Of a stretch of 64,000 nucleotides of DNA, positions 11,141-22,790 are shown one piece after another. Under the pieces are notes generated by a model. It searched no databases and was not told where the DNA came from. It saw nothing but the letters and a program-made list of their open reading frames with translations. The translations under genes and the position numbers were made by a program. The stretch is from Malacoraja senta (Eukaryota): NCBI GenBank assembly GCA_038087875.1, contig CM075991.1, positions 1,054,001 through 1,118,000 of the forward strand, given 5' to 3'. Each line of letters begins with the position of its first letter. Within the stretch, counting starts at the first letter, position 1.

Positions 11141-12989
11141 GAGGTTAATGATAGCAAGTTAAGTAGACAAGACAGGCAGCGGCATGGCAGGGAGCGAGGA
11201 ATGAATGTTGGATTGATTTCTATGTCGCATTTATTTCTATGAAAAAGATCTGATGAACCCAACGCGTGGATAGGTGTATGCAAATGGGACATACAACACC
11301 CATTATATAAACTGGCTCAGGAGGGACATGGGGTCTGTCCATAACATCATGGAAATGGCAGCTTAATCTTTCAGGGTACAGGTGCTGCATGTAGGATATA
11401 TATGGAGGACAGAGAGGAGGGAGAGTTATATTTTTGTTTCAGGAGAACATCTCGCAGTAGTCCAAAACTAAATTACTGAGGGATGAGGCTATAAATGGAG
11501 CTGAGAAATAGGACGGGGGTGATCATCTAGTTAAGATTGTACTGTGGGCCCCCCAGACAGTCAACAGAAGTTAGAGGAAAGGAGATTGCAGGGTGTTGCA
11601 AGAATAATAGAGTTGTCATAAAGGGCATTATAACTTTCTTCACATAGTCTGGGATTGTCACATTGCTCATGGCTTCGACGGGAAATAATATGAATAAGGT
11701 ACTGCCAATGCTAGAATCTTGCATACAACACAAAGTGGTGGAGTAACTGAAGAAGTTTAGTTTAATATAGCTACATTCAAACCATGCACACTATAGAAAC
11801 ATAAAAAATAGGTGCAGGAGTAGGCCATTCGGCCCTTCGAGCCTGCACCGCCATTCAATATGATCATGGCTGATCATCCAACTCAGTATCCTGTACCTGC
11901 TTTCTCTCCATACCCCCTGATCCCTTTAGCCACAAGGGCCACATCTAACTCCCTCTTAAATATAGCCAATGAACAGGCCTCAACTACCTTCTGCGGCAGA
12001 GAATTCCAGAGATTCACCACTCTCTATGTGAAAAATGTTTTCCTCATCTCGGTCCTAAAAGATTTCCCCCTTATCCTTAAACCGTGACCCCTTGTTCTGG
12101 ACTTCCCCAACATCGGGAACAATCTTCCTGCATCTAGCCTGTCCATCCCCTTAAGAATTTTGTACGTTTCTATAAGATCCCCCCTCAATCTTCTAAATTC
12201 TAGCGAGTACAAACCGAGTCTATCCAGTATTTCTTCATATGAAAGTCCTGACATCCCAGGAATCAGTCTGATGAACCTTCTCTGTATTCCCTCTATGGCA
12301 AGAATGTCTTTCCTCAGATTAGGAGACCAAAACTGTACGCAATACTCCAGGTGTGGTCTCACCAAGACCCTGTACAACTGCAGTAGAACCTCCCTGCTCC
12401 TATAATCAAATCCTTTTGCTATGAATGCTAACATACCATTCGCCTTCTTCACTGCCTGCTGCACCTGCATGCCTACTTTTAATGACTGGTGTACCATGAC
12501 ACCCAGGTCTCGTTGCATCTCCCCTTTTCCTAATCGGCCACCATTCAGATAATAGTCTACTTTCCTGTTTTTGCCACCAAAGTGGATAACCTCACATTTA
12601 TCCACATTATACTGCATCTGCCATGCATTTGCCCACTTACCCAGCCTATCCAAGTCACCTTGCAGCCTCCGAGCATCCTCCTCACAGCTAACACTGCCCC
12701 CCAGCTTTGTGTCATCCGCAAACTTGGAGATGTTGCATTCAATTCCCTCGTCCAAATCATTAATATATATCGTAAATAGCTGGGGTCCCAGCACTGAGCC
12801 TTGCGGTACCCCACTAGTCACTGCCTGTCATTCTGAAAAGGACCCGTTTACTCCTACTCTTTGCTTCCTGTCTGCCAGCCAGTTCTCTATCCACATCAAT
12901 ACTGAACCCCCAATACCGTGTGCTTTAAGTTTGTATACTAATCTCTTATGTGGGACCTTGTCGAAAGCCTTCTGAAAGTCCAGATATAA

Positions 12990-14764
12990 AATTGGTCCAT
13001 TAGAGAGTCAGAGTGGACAGCTATCTGCAGAGCCAAAAGAGATGGGGGAGATATTGAACCATTTCTTTTCTTCAGTATTCACCAAGGAGAAGGATATTGA
13101 ATTATGTGAGGTAAGGGAAACAAGTAGAGTAGCTATGGAAACTATGAGATTCAAAGAAGAGGAAGTACTGACACTTTTGAGAAATATAAAAGTGGATGTC
13201 TCCAGGTCCGGACAGGATATTCCCTAGGACATTGAGGGAAGTTAGTGTAGAAATAGCAGGGGCTATGACAGAAATATTTCAAATGTCATTAGAAACGGCA
13301 ATAGAGCCGCAGGATTGGCGTACTGTGCATGTTGTTCCATTGTTTAAAAAGGGGTCTAAGAGTAAACCTAGCAATTATAGACCTGTTAGTTTGATGTCAG
13401 TGGTGGGCAAATTAATGGAAAGGATACTTAGACACAATATATATAAGCATCTGGATAAACAGGGGCTGATTAGGAACAGTCAACATGGATTTGTGCCTGG
13501 AAGGTCATGTTTGACTAATCTTCTTTAATTTTTTGAAGAGGTTACTCGGGAAATTGATGAGGGTAAAGCCGTGGATGTTGTATATATGGACTTCAGTAAG
13601 GCCTTTGACAAGGTTCCTCATGGAAGGTTGGTTAAGAAGGTTCAATGGTTGGATATTAATGGTGGAGTAGCAAGATGGATTCAACAGTGGCTGAATGGGA
13701 GATGCCAGAGAGTAATGGTGGATGGTTGTTTGTCAGGTTCGAGGCCAGTGACTAGTGGGGTGCCACAGGGATCTGTGTTGGGTCCACTGTTGTTTGTCAT
13801 GTACATCAATGATCTGGATGATGGTGTGGTAAATTGGATTAGTAAGTATGCAGATGATACTAAGATAAGTGGGGCTGTGGATAATGAAGTAGATTTTCAA
13901 AGTCTACAGAGAGATTTATGCCGGTTGGAAGAGTGGGCTGAAAGATGGCAGATGGAGTTTAATGCTGATAAGTGTGAGGTGCTACATCTTGGCAGGACAA
14001 ATCAAAATAGGAAGTACATGGTAAATGGTAGGGAATTGAAGAATGCAGGTGAACAGAGGGATCTTGGAATAACTGTGCACAGTTCCCTGAAAGTGGAATC
14101 TCATGCAGATAGGGTGGTAAAGAAAGCTTTTGGTGTGCTGGCTTTTATAAATCAGAGCATTGAGTATAGAAGTTGGGATGTAATGTTAAAATTGTACAAG
14201 GCATTGGTGAGGCCAATTCTGGAGTATGGTGTACAATTTTGGTCGCCTAATTATAGGAAGGATGTCAACAAAATAGAGAGAGTACAGAGGAGATTTACTA
14301 GAATGTTGCCTGGGTTTCAGCAACTAAGTTACAGAGAAAGGTTGAACAAGTTAGGGCTTTATTCTTTGGAGCGCAGAAGGTTAAGGGGGGACTTGATAGA
14401 TGTCTTTAAAATGATGAGAGGGATAGACAGAGTTGACGTGGATAAGCGTTTCCCACTGAGAGTAGGGAAGATTCAAACAAGGGGACATGACTTGAGAATT
14501 AAGGGACAGAAGTTTAGGGGTAACATGAGGGGGAACTTCTTTACTCAGAGAGTGGTGGCTGTGTGGAATGAGCTTCCAGTGAAGGTGGTGGAGGCAGGTT
14601 CGTTTTTATCATTTAAAAATAAATTGGATAGTTATATGGACGGGAAAGGAATGGAGGGTTATGGTCTGAGCGCAGGTATATGAGACTAGGGGAGAATACG
14701 TGTTCGGCACGGACTAGAAGGGTCGAGATGGCCTGTTTCCATGCTGTAATTTTTATATGGTTAT
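12990..14764 (+). mobile_element. 5'-truncated CR1 LINE of a second subfamily
   Basis: ORFs 13196..13528 and 13571..14683 ([24 protein letters not shown]). ATATGGTT-type tail. Confidence 0.95.
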
Positions 14765-15066
14765 CCACTCTACTAGTTACATCCTCGAAAAATTCTATGA
14801 TTCGTCAGACATGACTTACCTTTCATAAATCCATGCTGACTTTGTCCAATGATTTCACCACTTTCCAAATGTGCTGCTATCACATCTTTAATAACTGATT
14901 CTAGCAGTTTCCCCACTACCGACGTTAAACTAACTGGTCTGTAATTCCCCGTTTTCTCTCTCCCTCCCTTTTTAAAAAGTGGGGTTACATTAGCTACCCT
15001 CCAATCCTCAGGAACTACTCCAGAATCTAAAGAGTTTTGAAAAATTATCACTAATGCATCCACTAT

Positions 15067-16650
15067 TTATGGGGCTACTTCCTTAAGTACTCTGGGATGC
15101 AGCCTATCTGGCCCTGGGAATTTATCGGCCTTTAATCCATTCAATTTACCTAACACCACTTCCCGGCTAACCTGGATTTCACTCAGTTCCTCCATCTCAT
15201 TTGACCCCCGGTCCCCTGCTATTTCAGGCAGATTATTTATGTCTTCCTTAGTGAAGACAGAACCAAAGTAGTTATTCAATTGGTCTGCCATGTCCTTGTT
15301 CCCCATGATCAATTCACCTGTTTCTGACTGCAAATGACCTACATTTGTTTTAACTAATCTTTTTCTCTTCACATATCTATAAAAGCTTTTGCATTCAGTT
15401 TTTATGTTCCCTGCCAGTTTTCTTTCATAATCTATTTTCCCTTTCCTAATTAAGCCCTTTGTCCTCCTCTGCTGGACTCTGAATTTCTCCCAGTCCTCTG
15501 GTAGGCTGCTTTTTCTGACTAATTTGTACGCTTCATCTTTTGTTTTGATACTATCCCTGATTTCCCTTGTTATCCATGGATGCACTACCTTCCCTGATTT
15601 ATTTTTTTGCCAAACTGGGATGAACAATTGTTGTAGTTCATCCATGCAGTCTTTAAATGCCTTCCATTGCATATCTACCGTCAACCCATTAAGAATCAAT
15701 TGCCAGTCTATCTTGGCCAATTCACTTCTCATACCCTCAAAGTTACCTTTCTTTAAGTTCAGGACCCTTGTTTCTGAATTAACAATGTCACTCTCCATCC
15801 TAATGAAGAACTCAACCATATTATGGTCACTCTTGCCCAAGGGGCCACGCACAACAAGACTGTTAACTAACACTTCCTCATTACTCCATACCCAATCTAG
15901 AATAGCCTGCTCTCTCGTTGGTTCCTCTACATGTTGGTTTAGAAAACTATCCCGCATACATTCCAAGAAATCCTCTTCCTCAGCACCCTTGCCAATTTGA
16001 TTCACCCAATCTATATGTAGATTGAAGTCACCCATTATAACTGTTTTACCTTTGTTGCACGCATTTCTAATTTCCTGTTTGATGCCATCCCCAACTCCAC
16101 TACTACTGTTAGGTGGCCTGTACACAACTCCCACTAGCGTTTTCTGCCCCTTAGTGTTTCGCAGTTCTACCCATATCGATTCCACATCCTCCAAGCTAAT
16201 GTCCTTCCTTTCTATTGCGTTAATCTGCTCTCTAACCAGCAACGCTACCCCACCTCCTTTCCCTTTCTGTCTATCCCTCCTGAATATTAAATATCCCTGG
16301 ATGTTCAGCTCCCAGCCTTGGTTACCCTGGAGCCATGTCTCCGTGATCCCAACTATATCATAGTCATTAATAGCTATCTGCACATTCAACTCATCCACCA
16401 TATTACGAATGCTCCTTGCATTGAGACACAAAGCCTTCAGGCTTGTTTTTACAACACTCTTACCCCTTATACAATTATGTTGAAAAGTGGCCCTTTTTGA
16501 TTTTTGCCCTGGATTTGTCTGTCTGCCACTTTTACTTTTCACCTTGCTACCTATTGCTTCTACCCTCATTTTACACCCCTCTGTCTCTACGCTCACACAT
16601 TTGAGAAACCCTTTCCCTTTAACTCCATCCTCAACTATCCCATTCGACAC
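15067..16650 (-). pseudogene. CR1 ORF2 N-terminal part (AP endonuclease), premature stop
   Basis: 527-aa ORF with all APE motifs. It continues in broken frames downstream. Confidence 0.9.
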
Positions 16651-17467
16651 CCCACCCCCCTTATTCAGTTTAAAACCACCCGTGTAGCAGTGGCAAACCT
16701 GCCTGCCAGAATGCTGGTCCCCAACCTGTTAAGATGCAATCCGTCCCTTTTGTACAGTTCCCCCTTACTCCAAAACAGATCCCAGTGATCTAAGAATCTA
16801 AATCCCTGCCCCGTGCACCAGTTCCTCAGCCACACATTCAGGTCCCGTATCTCCCTGTTCCTGCTCTCGCCAGCACGAGGAACTGGAAGCAAACCGGAGA
16901 TAACAACCCTGGAGGTCCTGCTTTTCAGCATTTTTCCGAGCTCTCTAAAGTCATAGATAAAGAATAAAGAGTACAACATTTAGTGCAAGATAAAGACCGA
17001 TTAAATGTCTCCAATGAGGTAAATGAGAGGTCAGGACCACACTCTAGCAGGTGTGAGGACAGCTCACTTGCCTGATAGCAGCTGGGAAGAAACTGTTCCT
17101 GAATCTGGAGCAGGGGTGGGGAACCTTTTCATGTTGGAATGCCGCATTAAGTTAGCTGTAATCTAATAAGGCCGCATCCAGGAAACTTCAATTAGATATA
17201 CTTCAAAATGTACATTATTTTGTAAAAATCTATTTACTATGTACTAACTTCAAGAAAATGAAAACAAATTGTTAATTCTAAAGTTAATTAACCTTTTAAT
17301 GACTTTGTTGTGACTACTTTTTGTGGGAAAGCATTTGAACATTTGGTTGCAACATGGAGGTACGCAGTTTCAGCTGATCTTCTAGATGGGTGTCCGTCAT
17401 TTGTGACCTTAAGGGCGTCTTGATTTGGCTTAGGTAGGAGAACGTAGATTTGCAGCAATAAGTGGTT

Positions 17468-17609
17468 CTTCTTCTTCTTCTTTCGTGTGGCGTGCACAGC
17501 CTAAAGTTGTTGGACAACTTGTTCTATTTGATCTTCCGTTTGTGCACGTCGAGTTGATTGCATTAGTCGAAACAGGGCGGACCACGTGAAGGTTGCAATC
17601 TTCCACCCC
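17468..17609 (-). mobile_element. ~142-bp non-autonomous retroposon with ribozyme head and (GAA)n tail
   Basis: 14-15-bp TSD (c)agcaataagtggtt at 17453-17467 and 17609-17623. Minus strand ends gccacacgaaagaagaagaag. Removing the insert restores the hAT reading frame. Confidence 0.9.
17556..17609 (-). ncRNA. Predicted minimal HDV-like self-cleaving ribozyme (54 nt)
   Basis: GGGGUGG(P1) AA GAUUGCA(P2) ACC(P3) UUCACGU(L3) GGU(P3') CCGCCCU(P1') GUUUCGA C UAA UGCAAUC(P2'). All stems pair, G1-U wobble present, catalytic C in CUAA. Confidence 0.85.
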
Positions 17610-18044
17610 AGCAATAAGTGGTTGAAAAGCAAGAAAGCATTTTTCGTGCATGTTGCCGAAGACGTGGGTATTCTATTGAATTTTTCCATATTTCAATCGG
17701 ATCTTTCTTAGCGTCAAATAAGGACTTAAAAATGTCATCTTCTGAGAGCTCAATCAATTCCATCTGTAGTTCTTTTGGAGCCTTGGAGACATCAACTAGG
17801 TAAATGCTAATTTGACTGCTAAAAAATGCTAATTTTGTTGAATCTTCTTTTACTCTTTGGTATTTTAAATACATTCATTTTAAGATTAAAATAAAAATAA
17901 TAACAGATGAACAAAAACATATTAATAAAAATAAAAGGATTTGTTCTACAAAATTTGGATTAATTCGAAAGGCCGCACTTAATGGCCTAGAAGGCCGCAG
18001 GTTCCCCACCCCTGATCTGGAGGTATACAGGTTCAAACTTCTCT

Positions 18045-18168
18045 AGATAGACACAAAATACTGGAGATACTCAGCGGGACAGGCAGCAATTCTGGAGAGA
18101 AGGAATGGGTGATGTTTCAGGTCGAGACCCTTCTTCAGACCGTTTCGGGTCGAGACCCTTCTTCAGAT
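18045..18168 (-). mobile_element. Penelope terminal fragment with tandem hammerhead-type motifs
   Basis: Two adjacent copies of gtttc(a/g)ggtcgagacccttcttcaga. Confidence 0.75.
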
Positions 18169-18659
18169 TCAAACTTCAATTCAGATTCAAACGAGGATTC
18201 AAACTTCTGTACCTCTTGCCTGATGGGAGAGGGGAGAAAAGGGAGTGACTGGGGTGAGACTGGTCCTTGATTATGCTGGTGGCCTTGCTGAGACAGCGTG
18301 AAGTGTAGATGGAATCAATAGAAGAGAGGTTGGTTTGTGTGATGGTTGTACTACATTCACAACTCTCTGCAATTTCTTGAGGTCTTGGATGGAGCTGTTC
18401 CCCAACCATGCTGTGATGTATCCTGATAAAATGCTGTCTATGGCGCATCTGTAGAAGTTGGAGAGGGTTCTTGGGGACATGCAAAACTTTTTGCCAATGT
18501 GCCAAAAGCCTTTTTGACCACCTTATCTACCTGTGAAACCACCATCAAGGAATTATGTACCTGCACTCCTATATCCCTCTGCTCCACAGAGCCCTACTAT
18601 TCACTGTGTAGGCCTTGCCCATGTTAGACTTTCCAAAATGCAACACCTCACATTTCTCA

Positions 18660-19250
18660 AGTTCGTCTCTTGGCATTCCTGATGGTGTTGCAAAGATCAT
18701 AGCGGGCTTTCTTGTACCACTTTGGATTGTTTGACTTGTACGCAGTCTTGGTCTACACGTGGGAATGGACCTCGGTTCATCCATGAACCAGTCCATTACA
18801 GTCACGAAGAATGACATTGGTTTCCACAGACCAACACTGAACAATTTACTGTAATGGATCTTCCCGCTTCAGTTTTTGTTTGTCAGCGGAGTAAAAGCAC
18901 AGCTAATTGATCAGATATCCCGAAATGTGGCTGGTGAATGGAGCGGTCGGAGTTGGTATGGATGTTCTGGCTCCTGGTGGGACAAGAGACATGCTGATAG
19001 TGTTTTGGTAGTACACTCTTGAGGTTGGCTTGATTTAATTCCTCAGCTACAATGAGCAGGGCTTTGGGGTGTTTTGCCTCAAGGCTATTGGTTGTGGAGT
19101 ACAGTTCATTCAGAGCAAGCTTGGTGTAGACTACTGTCAGGATATGTGTGAATTTCGACGGCAGGTAATAGGGACTGCACTTCACAGTTACATTTCCAGG
19201 TGCGGGGAGCATGAACTTGCCAGGTCCACCACGTCTGAGCACCACAAGGT
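18660..19250 (-). mobile_element. Rex1/Babar-like LINE endonuclease-region fragment
   Basis: ORF 18883..19245: VKCSPYYLPSKFT...NQANLKSVLPKHYQHVSCPTR...HFGISD. Confidence 0.7.
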
Positions 19251-19367
19251 GTTGGTTTGGAAGCAGACCCTTTTGCCTCCAACCCTGCCCGAAGATGCCG
19301 TGCGGTCCATCTGATGAAGGGAGAAGCTCTCGGGTTGGATGCCATTTTGCTTGGGTAGTTTACACCC

Positions 19368-19600
19368 CGGCGGTATGAACATTGACTTCTCTAACTTCAG
19401 ATAGCCCTTTCTTTCTCCCTCCTTCCCCTTCCCTTCCCAGTTCTCCCATTAGTCTTACTGTCTCCACCTACAATCTATCTTTGTCCCGTCCCCTCCCCTG
19501 ACATCAGTCTGAAGAAGGGTCTCGACTCGAAACGTCGCCCATTCCTTCTCTCCAGAGATGCTGTTTCACCCGCTGAGTTACTCCAGCATTGTGTCTACAA
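19368..19600 (+). mobile_element. Penelope 3' end/terminal repeat
   Basis: 'ggtatgaacattgacttctctaacttcagatag' is the Penelope ORF end seen at 25330-25360. It is followed by ctgaagaagggtctcgactcgaaacgtc. Confidence 0.8.
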
Positions 19601-20535
19601 GAGATATTGATGTTCTGGTCAGAAGAAAGAAGGAGACATGGGTCAGATACAAGCAGCTGGGATCAAGTGAATCCCTTTAGGAGTAGGGATGCAGAAGTAT
19701 ACTTAAGAAGGACATCAGGTGGGAAAATAGGGTGGTACGAGATAGCTTTGGCAAAGAAGATCATGGAGAACCCAAAGAGATTTTATGCATATTGTGGGAA
19801 AGAGAATGCGTAGGAACAGAATATAGAAAGCAATGTGGACATCTATGTGTGGAGCCACAGGAGAGAGGCAAGATCCTCAATGAATATTTCGCCCTGTTTT
19901 TACCATGGAGAAAAACATGAAGGGTAGGGAACTCGGGAAAGTTAAATGGAAAGTTAGCCTTGGGGATAGTCTGCATGACAGTGGAGGAGGTGCTGGACAT
20001 CTTAAAATCTATGAAGGTAGATAAATCTTGAGAGCCTAATTAGAAATATTCAAGAATATTGTGAGAAGCTGGAGAGTAAATTTCAGGACCCCTGGCTGAG
20101 ATATACGGATCATCATTAGCCACAAGTGTGCTGCTGGAGGACTGAAGGGTGGTTAATGTTATGCCTTGATAAGAAGGGCTGCAGATAAACAGCAAGGAAC
20201 TATAGGCAAATAAGCCTAACATCTGTGGTATGAACACTACTGAAGGGGATTCAGGAGATAATATGCATTTGGAAAGATAGGGGTTGATTAGGGATAGTTG
20301 GAATGCTTTAGTGTGAGGGAAAGCCATGGTTTCATATCTGATTAATTTGATTCAAATTTTTGAAGAAGTAACCAAGGCAGTTGAAGAAAGCAGGGCCATA
20401 GATGCAGTCTATATGGACTTAGCAAATCCTTTGATAAGATTCCACATGGTAGTGTACCTTGGGAGGTTAGATCGCATGGAATCCAAGGAAAACTAGCTAA
20501 GTGGATACAGAATTGGCTTGATGGTGGGAAGCAGA

Positions 20536-20833
20536 TTTAGTTTAGTTTAGAGGTAAAGCGCAGAAACAGGCCCATCGGCCCACCGAGTCCGCGTCGATCA
20601 GCGATTCCAGCATACTGTCACTATCCTACACACACTAGGGACAATTTAACCAAGCCAATTAGCCTACAAACCTGCATGTCTTTGGAGTGTGGGATGAAAC
20701 TGTTGATCCTAGAGAAAACCCACGCAGGTCACGGGGAGAACATACAAACTCCGTACAGACAGCACCCGTAGTGAGGATCGAACCCGGGTCTCTGGCGCTG
20801 TAAGGCAGCAATTCTACCGTGCATAACGGTGCC
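20536..20833 (-). mobile_element. tRNA-derived V-SINE (HE1-like)
   Basis: Same family as 7038-7322. (TTTAG)n tail on the + strand. Confidence 0.85.
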
Positions 20834-20945
20834 GATGGTGATAGTGTAAGGTTACTTTTCACTCTGCAGGCCTGTGAATAGTTGTGGTACCTCAGGGATC
20901 GGTGCTGGGCTCATTGCTGTTTGTCATCCATATCAACAATTTGGA

Positions 20946-21150
20946 TGTGTAGGAAGGAACTGCGGATGCTGGTTTAAACAGAAGATAGACACAAAAAGCT
21001 GGAGTAACTCAGCGGAACAGGCAACATCACTGATAGAAAGAATGGGTGACGTTTCGGGTCGAGACTGAAGAAGGGCCTCGACCCGAAACGTCACCCCTTC
21101 CTTCTCAGCTGCCTGTCCTGCTGAGTTACTCCAGCTTTTAGTGCCCATCT
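20946..21150. mobile_element. Inverted pair of Penelope terminal fragments
   Basis: A minus-strand copy (to ~21064) is fused to a plus-strand copy starting ctgaagaagggcctcgacccgaaacgtc at 21065. Confidence 0.8.
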
Positions 21151-21249
21151 TCAACAATTTGGATAATGTACAAGGCAGTGGCTTCAGCAGCCATCTGCTG
21201 TAACCAAAATCCGTTATAAAGAGGTCCGTTAAAACGACAGTTTACTGTA

Positions 21250-22790
21250 ATCAAACTCTTGCAGTAAAGGCTTCAGCGTTTGCTTGCTGTACTTTGTGTG
21301 TTAACTTTCAATGATTCGTGTACAAAGACAATGGAAACATTTAAAAAAAAAACTTTTTCCACCAAAATAAATGACCTCACATTTTGCCACAATATATTTG
21401 AACTACATGTACTCATCCATTCACTTCATCTATCCATGTTCCCTTGAGCTCTCTCTGCATTTTTGAAGCCCAAACTGTCACCCAATTTTGTTCAAGAATT
21501 AAGACTAGCTATATTATACCTCACCCCATCATTAGAATGCAAATGTTGGTGGCACTAATATGTTCCCTACAGCAACCCCCTGTTCCAGCCTCCTAACTTG
21601 AAAATGATCCATTTATTCCTACTCTGTTTTCTGGCTTAATCCTCTTTCCATGGCAATATATTATCCCCAATACTGTATTCCTTGATTTTGTTTAATAATC
21701 TCTTGTGCGCAACCATTTCCAAGACCTAATGAAACTTCTAATATCCACATCAGGTGCTTCAGCCTGATCTGTTCTGCGAGATATGTGTAGGAAGGAACTT
21801 CAGATGCTGGTTTAAACCAAAGATGGACACAAAATGCTGGAATAACTCAACGGGACAGGCAGCATCTCTGGAGAGAAGGAGAGAGAGTGGGTGACGTTTC
21901 GGGTCGAGACCCTTCTTCAGATTGAAGAAGTACTCCAGCATTTTGTGGCTGTTCTGCTAGATACATCTGAAAAGAAACTCTAACAAAAGCAAAAGCAATT
22001 TCCTTTTCATAACTTAGTTATCGCAGTATTACTCTCCAAGTGACCACAACCACATCCTTAATAACATAGTCTAGCATTTTCCCACTCAATGATGTGACTA
22101 ACAGATCTACAGTTCCCTGTGTTCTTGTTTCCTTATTTCCAAAGTAGTGAGGTTACATTTACCTCCTTTTTGGCAGAGGTGTTCTTGGAAAATTACAACA
22201 GTGCATCCACCATCTCCATAGCCACCGCCTTCAAAATCTAAGGTTGCAGGTCACTTGGTCCTGAACTTTCAGTCCTTAACTACTTCCAGAAGACTTTCTG
22301 TGCCTGTTTCCTTGAAGACAGACACAAAATATGGATTCAATTTTCCTCTTCCCTTATACTCCACTGTAATCTCTCCCAATATAAGGGGCCCACATTAACT
22401 TTAGTTCATCTTTTCTGATTCACATTACGGTGGAAGGTTTTAAATCTGTTATTATGTTTTTGATTGTAGAGAAAAATGCTGAAGAAACTCAGCGGGTGAG
22501 GCAGCATCTATGGAGCGAAGGAAATAGGCAACGTTTCGGGTCGAAACCCTTCTTCAGATTGGTTTTTGATTGGTGCTTTTGTATCCTGGTTTCCCTTTCC
22601 TTCATCCTTTTCTGACTCTTGCTGAGGTCTGATTTTTTCCCCCCAATAGCCTAGTTGCTTTTTTTGACAACCTTATAAATCTTTACTTTTCCTTAATAGT
22701 ATCTTTAACTTCTTTCAATTCCTATTTTTGCCTTAACAGATAATTATTACGAATAAACCTCCTATTAATTCTTTAAATTCTAGCCACAGG
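21250..22790 (-). mobile_element. Very old CR1 ORF2 remnant; Penelope termini inserted at ~21785-21950 and ~22465-22560
   Basis: Collinear degenerate matches to the CR1 at 12400-15700. Confidence 0.55.

Larger units (their letters stand above)
8760..11690 (+). mobile_element. Old composite CR1 (ORF1 Zn-finger/esterase and endonuclease remnants, plus a nested RT-3' CR1 at ~9130-10105)
   Basis: Degenerate CGKCVQLQLL, VHIGRND, YMDFS and FAD motifs. Heavily mutated. Confidence 0.6.
11794..16953 (-). mobile_element. Long CR1 LINE (ORF1 end + ORF2), split by an oppositely oriented CR1 at 12990-14764
   Basis: ORF1 SGNH-esterase C-terminus at 16665..16979 (FLDHWDLFW...DGLHLNRLG). APE endonuclease at 15067..16650 (NARS, ITETW, YRPP, GDFN, SDH). 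RT at 14773..15063 and 12024..12821. Tail at 11794. Confidence 0.95.
17111..18014 (-). mobile_element. Internally deleted hAT (Charlie/Buster-like) DNA transposon
   Basis: TIRs CAGGGGTGGGGAACCT...AGGTTCCCCACCCCTG. 8-bp TSD ATCTGGAG (17103-17110, 18015-18022). Transposase C-terminus LQMELIEL...YPRLRQHARKMLSCFSTTYC/CKSTFS...LRSQMTDTHL. Confidence 0.95.
16955..18490 (-). mobile_element. Rex1/Babar-like LINE 3' fragment hosting hAT and Penelope insertions
   Basis: ORFs 18176..18505 and 18271..18480 (FYRCAIDSILSGYITAWLG; IIKDQSHPSHSLFSPLPSGKRYRS). Sequence is continuous across the 17110/18015 TSD. Confidence 0.75.
19600..21175 (+). mobile_element. Old CR1 ORF2 fragment (with SINE and Penelope insertions)
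   Basis: ENPKRFYAY, ILNEYF, VYMD and VPQGSVLG remnants. Confidence 0.65.

Noticed and set aside
17563..17874. ORF resembling domesticated GTF2IRD2/ZBED-type genes
   Set aside because: It lies between hAT TIRs with a TSD, is only a C-terminal fragment, and is interrupted by a retroposon.
21195..21249. Possible Tigger/pogo terminal fragment (ccgttataaagagg...gtttactgta)
   Set aside because: Only one end is visible, with no matching TIR or TSD pair.
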